Source of the DNA: Planctomycetota bacterium
Lineage (GTDB): Bacteria > Planctomycetota > Phycisphaerae > Phycisphaerales > SM1A02
DNA: 64,000 bases
Direction: 5' to 3'
NCBI GenBank assembly: GCA_022562915.1
Contig: JADFOJ010000001.1
Coordinates: 51,096-115,095, forward strand
Below the pieces are notes generated by a model. The model was not told where the DNA came from. It made no database searches and saw only the letters and a list, made by a program, of their open reading frames with translations. Below are positions 57,401 to 64,000 of the stretch, piece after piece. A program made the translations under genes and the position numbers. Every line of letters starts with the position of its first letter. The stretch's first letter is position 1.

Positions 57401-58071
57401 TGCTGGAACTCTCCGGCGTGTGGCCGACCGACGACCACCGTCTCCGTTTGAAAACCAACCTCGAGATCTACTGGGATCGAATCGCCGTTGCCCTGGGCGA
57501 CCCGCCGTTCTCCGCCACGACGGTTGCGCTCGCCATGGACGGCGCCGAGCTTGGTTACCTGGGCTTCCCAAGCTTCTCCCGCCGGGATAGTGAGGCTCCG
57601 GAGATTCCGGACTACGCCAACCCCACCCGGCGGCCGCGATGGCGTGACCTGCACGGCTACTACACGCGCTTCGGCGATGTGCGCGAACTGCTCGCCGAGA
57701 CCGACGACCGCTACGTGATCATGAACGCGGGCGACGAGATCCGGTTTCACTTCGACACCGGCCCGGCCGTGCCCGCCGGGTGGGTTCGTGACTTCATCTT
57801 CTTCACCGACGGGTGGGTCAAGGACGGGGACTGGAACACGGTGGCCTCACAGACCGTCCGGCCGCTGCCGCACCACGGCATGAGCAGCTACCCCCCGCCA
57901 CCGGACCCGCCCCCGCCCCCGGACCCGGCCCCGGACCGGCAAGGACCGGCCTCGCTCGAACCCACTCACCCGGACTGGCAGCGCTATCACACGCGCTACG
58001 TCACCTCGACGCCGTTTCGCGACCGGATGCGGCCACGGCGCCGCCCCGCCGGCCAAGGGACCACGCCGTGA
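54430..58071 (+). CDS. TPR + FG-GAP/VCBS repeat + ASPIC/UnbV protein (CRTAC1 family) with long C-terminal extension
   Basis: ATG at 54430 gives MLQRYLSQRFGHACVALLSLLPATLLALGAC (lipobox). N-terminal TPRs. Calcium-binding-type repeats (DADQDGDLDILVG, GDFDEDGDLDLLMVD, ADFDNDGWLDLAF, LDFDNDGWLDLLVL, VDHDSDGDQDLFV). UnbV-like GLGGFIEIRAGRAYQKRSV...HFGLG...IRVVWPNG. Acidic linker DDGSDDDSDSDNDSD. Confidence 0.85.
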   Translation: MLQRYLSQRFGHACVALLSLLPATLLALGACRGSEEPAAAPGVVDDPSALLRLRNLGLAYLEAERHTDAAGIFDELIQLIPAEPMAHANRGLIALRESKLVEAKTHLDSAAELAPDNADIAVLRALVAVYEGDDEIARAVLRHALRADPEHVRARWALVEVLRRHDPEATDAADAMVAHLETLLHNAPGNVVVRLLLTRRLLAGGDLDAAHAHLSVLDELGIAHDNLQARQLLDQVKDRIAAGDAPTARSLVIALNNVAKPSRIWQDSLAQVTGPPVPVADPIRDFLATGVPEPRIDPQSIDVTYRNMAPALGLDAVRAQRAVMFETGAGVVLVAVVDGAVEIHALGAAGRYEQTRRFDLRAHPGDPGPVVTRILGADMNNDRRMDLVLGLADGSARLFVQDDDGNWHGGAGEPLLEPLGSPTMFHVLLPWDADQDGDLDILVGRSGVRAALLRNNADGTFTEIAVRMGIARDGDPTHSPQPALIDAAIGDFDEDGDLDLLMVDATRRLTRLDSRRSEGFEPNSRGVPQDAIECMIVADFDNDGWLDLAFVTPGGSLRVGANLRGAAFDVRTVGAVQRDESSVTAIRSLDFDNDGWLDLLVLAGGRPILFRNTGELTFSLAAGVLPPQGHGVTDVQVVDHDSDGDQDLFVSVAGGACAVWDNVGGNAHGWQDVQLHAVLTGGQRNNAFGLGGFIEIRAGRAYQKRSVRGPVTHFGLGGFGPPDAIRVVWPNGIPQNILLPEPDQLIVEKQSLKGSCPYLLTDDGSDDDSDSDNDSDRQLRFVTDLLWRSPLGMKINAQTVVPPDATRDYVKIESRQLAPRRGRYGLAITAALWETIFVDEVELWAVDHPSGLYIFVDERFLAPNLAPLKIHVVDSLRAPRSAVDHRGRDVLDLIEARDGRRLGGFARGPYQGIAEAHYVELDLGPWPRGETVKLLASGWIMPTDTSINIALSQGSHPPPVPLSVHVPDGAGGWIEVIPDAGFPAGKLKTIVLELSGVWPTDDHRLRLKTNLEIYWDRIAVALGDPPFSATTVALAMDGAELGYLGFPSFSRRDSEAPEIPDYANPTRRPRWRDLHGYYTRFGDVRELLAETDDRYVIMNAGDEIRFHFDTGPAVPAGWVRDFIFFTDGWVKDGDWNTVASQTVRPLPHHGMSSYPPPPDPPPPPDPAPDRQGPASLEPTHPDWQRYHTRYVTSTPFRDRMRPRRRPAGQGTTP

Positions 58072-58084
58072 CGCCACCGCGCAC

Positions 58085-59902
58085 TCAGCGAACAACAACG
58101 GGCTGCGGCCGGCCCTCGATGAAGCGGTAGGTGCGGTCGACTTCGAGGTCGGTGTAGACCTGGGTCGCGCCGGCGGGCCAGCGGATCTCCAGTGACTCGA
58201 TCCGGTCCGCAGCGCCGAGGCCGAAGTGGATCTCCGGGGCGTTCGCCGAGAAGTAGCCGGCCCCGCTGACGTGCTCGCGCACCTGGGTCACCCCAGCCGC
58301 CGTGAGCGACAGTTTCGTGCCCAGGGCGTCGCGGTTGCTCCGGGTCCCCTGGAGGCGAATGCCGAGGTAATGGTTGCCCGTCTCGGAGACATTGCGCAGC
58401 AGGACGCCCGTGCGGTCGGAGTCCGCGCGGTACGCCTCCTCGCCGTTGTTCACGACGTAGATGTCGATGCGCCCGTCCCGGTCATAGTCGCCGAAGATCG
58501 CGCTGCGGTGAATGCGCTTGCCGGGGGCGAGGATCCCCGACTCGCGGCTCACGTCGCGGAAGCGCCCCTTGCCGGTGTTCTCGAAGAGCAGGTTCTCGTC
58601 GCGATTGTCGGCCGTCACGGAGTTGAGGTGGCCACCGGCGACGAAGAGATCCAGGTCGCCGTCGTCGTCGGCGTCGAAGAACCCGGTCCCCCAGCCCACC
58701 TTGGCCCACGTCCGCTGGAGCACCACCGGCGATCGGAAGTCCGCCTCGAAGATGGCGTTTCTCAATGAACCGTCGTTGCTGGAGACATTGTCGACCATGG
58801 TGAGCAGGAGGTCCGCCTCGCCGCTGTAGTTGCTGATGTACAGATCCATCATCCCGTCACCGGTGTAGTCGCCGTACGCGATCCCCATCGATCCGTCCGT
58901 ACTGGAGACCCCCGACGGCCCGGAGAACTGCTTGAAGGTTCCGTCGCCCCGGTTCAGGTAGAGCCCGCTGGGATCGGTGTCGTTGGCCACCAGGATGTCC
59001 GGCCGATGGTCGCCGTTGAAGTCCGCGACCAGGACCTGCATGGACTTGCGGAAGCCGTCCATGACCCCGGCGCTCGCGGTGACGTCGCTGAAGGTTCCGT
59101 CGCCGTTGTTCCGGTACAGGATGTTCCCGAACCCCTCGAAATCCATGGGGAACCGCACGTCGGCGTTGCTCCGGCGCCGGGCCAGGTCGACGTACCCGCA
59201 GACGTACAGGTCCAGGTTGCCGTCACCGTCGAAATCGCCCCACGCCGAACCGCCGTACCAGATCTTCGCGACACCGTCGGGAAATGCTTCGCGCGTCACA
59301 TCCGTGAAACGCTCGCCCTGCTCGTTGTGCAGCAGCACGAAACCGCCGAAGTTGGTCACGAAGATGTCCGGCCGGCCGTCGTTGTCGTAGTCGGCGACGG
59401 AGACCGCCATCCCTTCACCCGGATCCAGCGCGCCGCACTCGCGGAGCATCGGGGTGAAGGTCCCGTCGCCCTCGTTCCGGTAGAGGGCGTTGGTGGTCTC
59501 GGCGCCGCCTGCGCCGTTGACCAGGTAGAGATCCCAGTCATCGTCGCCGTCGAAGTCCAGCCAGGCGGCGCCCGACCCGTTCATGCGGATCAGGTGCCGG
59601 TTGGCGAACTCGAACGGCTTGATGAAGAGCGCCGCGGGGATCTCCTCGTTGGTGGCGACCCCGCGCACCTGCGGCCCGATCTCGCACCAGCGGTGACGTT
59701 CGCCGTAGTGCTGGAAGTCGATCCCGGCCGCGGCCCGGACGTCAACGAACCGGATGGCGCAGGATTCCGACGACCCCGGCCCCGGCACCGGCACCGGCGC
59801 CTGGGCGGCCACCGCCGCGGTGAGCCCCAGCACGCCGAACATGACCGGCATGGCAGGCATGACCGGCAGACATGATCCCGAATCGTCCGATAGCCACGAC
59901 AT
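58085..59902 (-). CDS. FG-GAP/VCBS repeat + ASPIC/UnbV protein (CRTAC1 family)
   Basis: ATG at 59902 is preceded by gggaggaag (Shine-Dalgarno-like). Repeats DFDGDDDWDLYLVN, ADYDNDGRPDIFVTN, GDFDGDGNLDLYVCG, ADFNGDHRPDILVAN, GDYTGDGMMDLYISN, FDADDDGDLDLFVAG, GDYDRDGRIDIYVVN. C-terminal UnbV (NRDALGTKLSL...HFGLG...LEIRWPAG). Confidence 0.85.
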   Translation of the reverse strand: MSWLSDDSGSCLPVMPAMPVMFGVLGLTAAVAAQAPVPVPGPGSSESCAIRFVDVRAAAGIDFQHYGERHRWCEIGPQVRGVATNEEIPAALFIKPFEFANRHLIRMNGSGAAWLDFDGDDDWDLYLVNGAGGAETTNALYRNEGDGTFTPMLRECGALDPGEGMAVSVADYDNDGRPDIFVTNFGGFVLLHNEQGERFTDVTREAFPDGVAKIWYGGSAWGDFDGDGNLDLYVCGYVDLARRRSNADVRFPMDFEGFGNILYRNNGDGTFSDVTASAGVMDGFRKSMQVLVADFNGDHRPDILVANDTDPSGLYLNRGDGTFKQFSGPSGVSSTDGSMGIAYGDYTGDGMMDLYISNYSGEADLLLTMVDNVSSNDGSLRNAIFEADFRSPVVLQRTWAKVGWGTGFFDADDDGDLDLFVAGGHLNSVTADNRDENLLFENTGKGRFRDVSRESGILAPGKRIHRSAIFGDYDRDGRIDIYVVNNGEEAYRADSDRTGVLLRNVSETGNHYLGIRLQGTRSNRDALGTKLSLTAAGVTQVREHVSGAGYFSANAPEIHFGLGAADRIESLEIRWPAGATQVYTDLEVDRTYRFIEGRPQPVVVR

Positions 59903-60002
59903 GGTGCTTCCTCCCACGGGCCAGGGGTACGGCCGATGCAATGATTACAAGACTAACTATATTCTCAATCAGACCGCAGGCAAGGCGCTTTCGCCGCCGG
60001 TC

Positions 60003-60881
60003 TCAAGAGTCCAGGTACCCCGCGAGCCGGACGACCGACAGGTCACAACACTCCTCGGGCGACACTGGCCGGATCGTGTTGAAGTCCTCGTGGTGCGAGT
60101 TCTGGTAGTCCACGATGACCCAGCCGCCGTCGGACTCGAGCAGGAACGTATGCACCAGGCTGGGATCGCCGGACCCGGCCGTCACGATGTAGTCGGCGAC
60201 AAGCACGTAGTCGGCGTCGGCGGGATGTGCACGCACGAGTTGCCGGATGGACCTGGCGCCGCTCCAGAGGACCCTCTGCTGGTCGCGGGCAGGCTGGATC
60301 TCGAACTCGATCGCGTTCTGGGCAACGGAGGCTCTCAGAAGGCCCTGGCGGTTGATCTCGTCGGCAAGCCGGGTGGCGCACTCGACGCTCCACGACTCGC
60401 CGGTTCTCGCCGGGTAGACGAGCACGGTCGCCGCCGGGGCCGCTTCGAGCAACCGGGCGAGACGTTCCTTCATCTCGTCGCGTTCGGCATCGGTCGGCGC
60501 AAGCGAGTCCCGTCGCGCGCGCGTGGCCCACTTGCCCGTCGAGGCATCGCCTCGCACCGGATCGAGCAGGTCCAGCGGGCCACGCAGACGCTCGACGAGA
60601 AAGACGGTACAACCCATCGGGTCCGCCGGTTTCGACCGCTTGAACGCGCGGCTCTCACGCGTTTGACGATCCGACCACGCGACGTTACCGCCGGCGTCCA
60701 CGAGCACACCGTGGATCTCATCCACGCCGCGTTGTGGTGAACCGATGACCGCGCCGTACAGCGCGTATTCGGTAGACAGATCACGCTCCATGACGAACGC
60801 CGCGAACGCGCTCGCCTGGTCGTCAAACGACGCTTCGGCGTCCGGGGAGAACACGGCCCCGTCCACCTCGATGGACTCCAT
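60003..60881 (-). CDS. Hypothetical protein (292 aa)
   Basis: Uninterrupted ORF with high GC3, downstream of and co-directional with the TMTC-like gene. No motif recognised. Confidence 0.6.
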   Translation of the reverse strand: MESIEVDGAVFSPDAEASFDDQASAFAAFVMERDLSTEYALYGAVIGSPQRGVDEIHGVLVDAGGNVAWSDRQTRESRAFKRSKPADPMGCTVFLVERLRGPLDLLDPVRGDASTGKWATRARRDSLAPTDAERDEMKERLARLLEAAPAATVLVYPARTGESWSVECATRLADEINRQGLLRASVAQNAIEFEIQPARDQQRVLWSGARSIRQLVRAHPADADYVLVADYIVTAGSGDPSLVHTFLLESDGGWVIVDYQNSHHEDFNTIRPVSPEECCDLSVVRLAGYLDS

Positions 60882-60940
60882 GCCGCGCCGCTCCAGCAGC
60901 AGGGCGACGAACGCCGCAACATCCTCGCGGGGGTGGCCCG

Positions 60941-62863
60941 CTATGGGGCCGTGGGGACGGACGAGATCGCCGAGGTCTTCATCGCGGCAGCGATCCGGGC
61001 GCGGGCCACGGCGTTGACCGGATCGATCTCCAGTGCCCGCTGGTACTCGCGCAGCGCGTCCCCGGCCGCGCCCGCCTCCAGGTGCCGTTCGCCGGCGATC
61101 ACGTGCGCCAGCGCTCGGGCCCTCCTGACGCCGGCCACCGCCTGGTACCGCGGCTTCCGGGCGATCGATTCATCGATGTCGTCGGCCCTGACCAGCACGT
61201 GGGCCAGGTAGTTGCCCGCCTCGATGAGCGCCGGATCAAGACGCAGCGCCTCGACCAGGTGGTCGATCGCCTCTTCGTTCTCGCCCACCAGGGCCAGCCC
61301 GCGACCGAGGTTCATGTGAGCCGGAGGATCCTGGGACTTCAGACGCACCGCCTCGCGGAGATGACCCAGACCGCGTTGGTGGAAACCGCCGGCAATGAGC
61401 GCGTTGCCCAGACCATACTGTACCTGGTGCAGGTCCGGCCTCAGGTCAACGGCGCGGCGCCCCAGCGCGATCGCCTGCTGGACGTGACCGGTCCGAAGCA
61501 GCACGGCCCCGAGGTTCGACATCGGGACGGTATCGTTCGGGGCGAGTTGCAACGCACGCTGATAGAGGGCGATGGCCGGCTCGTCCTGCCCCTGGTCGGC
61601 CAGGATATTGGCGATCTGCGTGTAGGGCCGCGGGTTCAGCGGGCGCTGGATCAAGACGTTCTCCCACATCGCGTAGGCGCTGTGGTAGTCGGTGTTTCGC
61701 TGCACGGTCATCGAGCCGTACGACACCACGACCGCCAGCAGCACGCCGCCGTTGGTGATGGGCACCGCGACGCCCGACACGCCGAAGCGCCGATACCAGC
61801 GGTCCAGGAGACCATGAACTGCAACCACCGACACGATGATCACCGCCGCCAGCGGCAGGTACATGCGGTGCTCGAAGGCGGCGTGCGCCGACGGCACGAT
61901 GCTCGACGTCGGCGCGAGCACGGCGAAGAAGCTCACGCCCAGGAACCCCAGCCACGGCCGGCGGCGCCACATGAAGACGCTCCCGACAAGCAGGGCCGCG
62001 ATGAGCAATACCGGACCGACGATCTCCCCAGCGGTACCGGCGATCGGCCATGCGTAGTCCAGGCACAGCGGCCGCGGCCAGAAGCAGAGTCTCAAGTAGT
62101 GAACGATGACGCCTCCCTGCGTGAGCAGATAGGCCAATGGCGATGCACCGTCGTAGCCGAAGCCCGCGCTCATCGGCCGGGCCGGGTCCGTGTCCAGCAG
62201 CGCCGCCGCGACACCGGTCAGCACGAGAATCAGCCACGAGCCGGCGAGGCCGGCATGGAGCCGCCACCTCCGCTGAAACACGCCGGCGAACGACGACGAC
62301 AGGAACGCCCGGTCGAACAGGACCGCGACGACCGGTGCCGTGATCATGACGGGCTTGCTCGCCATGCCCAGGGCGCAGGCGGCAACGGCCGCGGCATACC
62401 AGGACGCCGGCCGCGGCGACCTGGCGCCGCGAATCACGCAGTACAGCGTCAGCAGGTAGAACAACCCCATCAGCGACTCGGCACGCTGGATGATGTACGT
62501 GACGCTCTCGGTCTGAAGCGGGTGGACGACCCAGATCAGTGCCGACGCCAGCGCGTACCACTGCGCGTGGCGACCGGGCCCGGCGCGGAACTGCTCCAGC
62601 AACAGTACGCGGCGCACGAGACCGAACAGCGCCAGCCCCGCCAGCACGTGCACGATGAGATTGACCAGGTGGTAGCCCCAGGTGTTGACCGCCCCCAACG
62701 CATAGTTGATCGCCAGCGTGAGCTTGACGACCGGGCGGTCGCCCCACAGACCATCAAAGCTGTGAATCTGGCGACCCTCGACGATCTCCCGCACGTCGTC
62801 GTAGATGAACACGCCGGCGAAGCTGTTGAGGTAGACCAGTACGCCCGCAACAACGATGGCCAT
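60941..62863 (-). CDS. TMTC-like membrane glycosyltransferase (GT39/PMT-related, DUF1736-type) with C-terminal TPR domain
   Basis: ATG at 62863 gives MAIVVAGVLVYLNSFAGVFIYDDVREI, the typical N-terminus of this family. About 10 TM segments, then at least 6 TPRs (QIANILADQGQDEPAIALYQRALQLAPND...). Confidence 0.75.
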   Translation of the reverse strand: MAIVVAGVLVYLNSFAGVFIYDDVREIVEGRQIHSFDGLWGDRPVVKLTLAINYALGAVNTWGYHLVNLIVHVLAGLALFGLVRRVLLLEQFRAGPGRHAQWYALASALIWVVHPLQTESVTYIIQRAESLMGLFYLLTLYCVIRGARSPRPASWYAAAVAACALGMASKPVMITAPVVAVLFDRAFLSSSFAGVFQRRWRLHAGLAGSWLILVLTGVAAALLDTDPARPMSAGFGYDGASPLAYLLTQGGVIVHYLRLCFWPRPLCLDYAWPIAGTAGEIVGPVLLIAALLVGSVFMWRRRPWLGFLGVSFFAVLAPTSSIVPSAHAAFEHRMYLPLAAVIIVSVVAVHGLLDRWYRRFGVSGVAVPITNGGVLLAVVVSYGSMTVQRNTDYHSAYAMWENVLIQRPLNPRPYTQIANILADQGQDEPAIALYQRALQLAPNDTVPMSNLGAVLLRTGHVQQAIALGRRAVDLRPDLHQVQYGLGNALIAGGFHQRGLGHLREAVRLKSQDPPAHMNLGRGLALVGENEEAIDHLVEALRLDPALIEAGNYLAHVLVRADDIDESIARKPRYQAVAGVRRARALAHVIAGERHLEAGAAGDALREYQRALEIDPVNAVARARIAAAMKTSAISSVPTAP

Positions 62864-62872
62864 GATCCACGC

Positions 62873-62962
62873 GGTACACCCGGTACACCCGGTACACCCG
62901 GTACACCCGGTACACCCGGTACACCCGGTGCACCCGGTGCAGCCGGTGCACCGCGTACACGC
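62873..62962. repeat. 9-bp tandem repeat array (ggtacaccc x6 perfect, then 4 degenerate copies)
   Basis: ggtacaccc x6 at 62873-62926, followed by ggtgcaccc, ggtgcagcc, ggtgcaccg and cgtacacgc. Begins 10 nt upstream of the ATG at 62863 (minus strand). Confidence 0.95.
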
Positions 62963-63105
62963 GACCCACCATCGCCTGACCAGTCCGCGGTCGATTCGCA
63001 CGTTCGCTTCCCCCCGTACCCGTGACGGCGCCCGGCGCGCTCCGATGATCCGTCCACCGGCGTGGACCCTGGTCCCGTATCGACCGATGGGACACTGGTC
63101 ATCCG

Positions 63106-64000
63106 ATGCGCCCACTCTCTATCGTCCACGCACTGCCGTTCTTTGACCCCGCGACACGGTTCGGGGGCCCTGTCGCGCAACTGCGACACGTGTGCCGCCT
63201 CCTCGCCGAGCGCGGCCATCACGTCAGCGTGATCACGACGAACCTCGACGTCGGCCCGGCCGTGCCCACGGACCGATGGGTCGAACGGGAAGGCTACCGT
63301 GTCTGGTACGCGAGCGCCCACCGTTTCGGCGGCTGCGCCCCCTACTACTCGCCGGGCGTCCGCGCGCCGCTGGACGCATGCCTGGCCCAGGCCCACGTAC
63401 TGCACCTGTCGTTGAGCTTCACGCACATGAACGTCCTCGCCAGGCGGCGGGCGGCGGTGCACCGGGTGCCGTACGTGTACACACCGCGATCGTGTCTCGA
63501 TCCCGTGCGCCTGCGGCAGCGGGCGCTCCTGAAAACGGGCTTCCTGAGGCTCTTCGAGCGCCGGATCATCCGTGACGCGGCGGCCGTGCACATCCTGACG
63601 GAGGTCGAGCGCGAACAGGTGATGCGGCAAGGCGCGCGGTCGGAGCAGTGCGTCGTCATTCCCAACGGCGCCGAGTTCGATCCCGATGCCGTCGGTCGCG
63701 ACGGCATCGCCTTCCGCTCGTACGCCGGGATCGACCGGGATACGCCGCTGGTTCTGTTCATGGGCCGGCTGCACCGGATCAAGGGCCTCGACGTGCTCAT
63801 CGACGCCTTCGCCGCCGTACGGTCGCACGAACCCACCGTGAAGTTGGTCATTGCCGGTCCCGACGAGGGCGAGCGGTCCGCGGTGGACGCCCGGGCTCGC
63901 CGGCTGGGATGCACCGACGCCGTCCACTTCGTGGGGCGGCTCGACGGCGACCTGAGGCGGTCCGCGTTCCGCGCGGCCGACGTCTTCGCGCTGACGTCAT
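63106..64000 (+). CDS. GT4 family glycosyltransferase (3' end outside window)
   Basis: Own translation of frame 1 from ATG 63106: MRPLSIVHALPFFDPATRFGGPVAQLRHVCRLLAERGHHVSVITT...PNGAEFD...LVLFMGRLHRIKGLDVLIDAF...VKLVIAGPDEG. No stop before the window end. Confidence 0.8.
   Translation, partial: MRPLSIVHALPFFDPATRFGGPVAQLRHVCRLLAERGHHVSVITTNLDVGPAVPTDRWVEREGYRVWYASAHRFGGCAPYYSPGVRAPLDACLAQAHVLHLSLSFTHMNVLARRRAAVHRVPYVYTPRSCLDPVRLRQRALLKTGFLRLFERRIIRDAAAVHILTEVEREQVMRQGARSEQCVVIPNGAEFDPDAVGRDGIAFRSYAGIDRDTPLVLFMGRLHRIKGLDVLIDAFAAVRSHEPTVKLVIAGPDEGERSAVDARARRLGCTDAVHFVGRLDGDLRRSAFRAADVFALTS

Noticed and set aside
62873-62962. Tandem 9-bp repeats (and the 20-bp repeats at 28366-28425) as a CRISPR array.
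   Set aside because: The units are contiguous with no spacers and are far shorter than CRISPR repeats. No cas genes are in the window.
62864-63115. N-terminal extension of the TMTC-like ORF to GTG 63115, giving a (Cys-Thr-Gly)n tract.
   Set aside because: It would overlap the divergent GT4 start (63106) and leave no promoter space. The extension is R/G-rich with lower GC3. The ATG at 62863 gives the canonical family N-terminus (MAIVVAGVLVYLNSFAGVFIYDD). This is kept as an alternative only in the finding.

Overview
GC-rich bacterial chromosomal segment (roughly two-thirds G+C by eye, not computed). I call about 50 protein genes and one tRNA. The protein repertoire (dockerin-like tails, Bat/MoxR/DUF58/VWA genes, CRTAC1/ASPIC-UnbV proteins, many lipoproteins) suggests Planctomycetota, possibly Phycisphaerae-like, but this is inference only. 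Housekeeping genes recognised from motifs are murA (partial), murD, pyrD, ribF, nrnA-like DHH phosphoesterase, queG, uvrD/pcrA, dcd, class II nrdJ, a solitary nuoA and tRNA-Pro(UGG). They are interleaved with envelope and secreted-protein genes. These include an MlaF/MlaD pair, a PATR-repeat protein, an S8 protease and a 14-repeat propeller-like protein that all carry the same dockerin-like tail. Also present are a split MoxR-DUF58-VWA (Bat-like) cluster with an NHL lipoprotein and an opposite-strand HAMP-PP2C gene, an Fe3+-type ABC permease plus binding protein, a PiT transporter, two convergent CRTAC1-like genes, and a TMTC-like/GT4 glycosylation locus. No CRISPR array, transposase, integrase or recognisable phage or defence cassette was seen. 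The signals I find most worth following are listed here. (1) A modular palindromic intergenic element family, at least 7 loci, that even supplies the stop codons of murD and queG. (2) A 9-bp tandem repeat array 10 nt upstream of the TMTC-like gene, in a divergent glycosyltransferase promoter region. (3) A 38-bp perfect inverted repeat between convergent genes. (4) The unusual wiring of the MoxR/VWA cluster, including an apparent +1 frameshift in the PP2C gene. (5) A frame-broken gene remnant, a structured non-coding gap and a structured AT-richer islet next to tRNA-Pro. All family assignments are motif recognition from the translations; no database search was possible.
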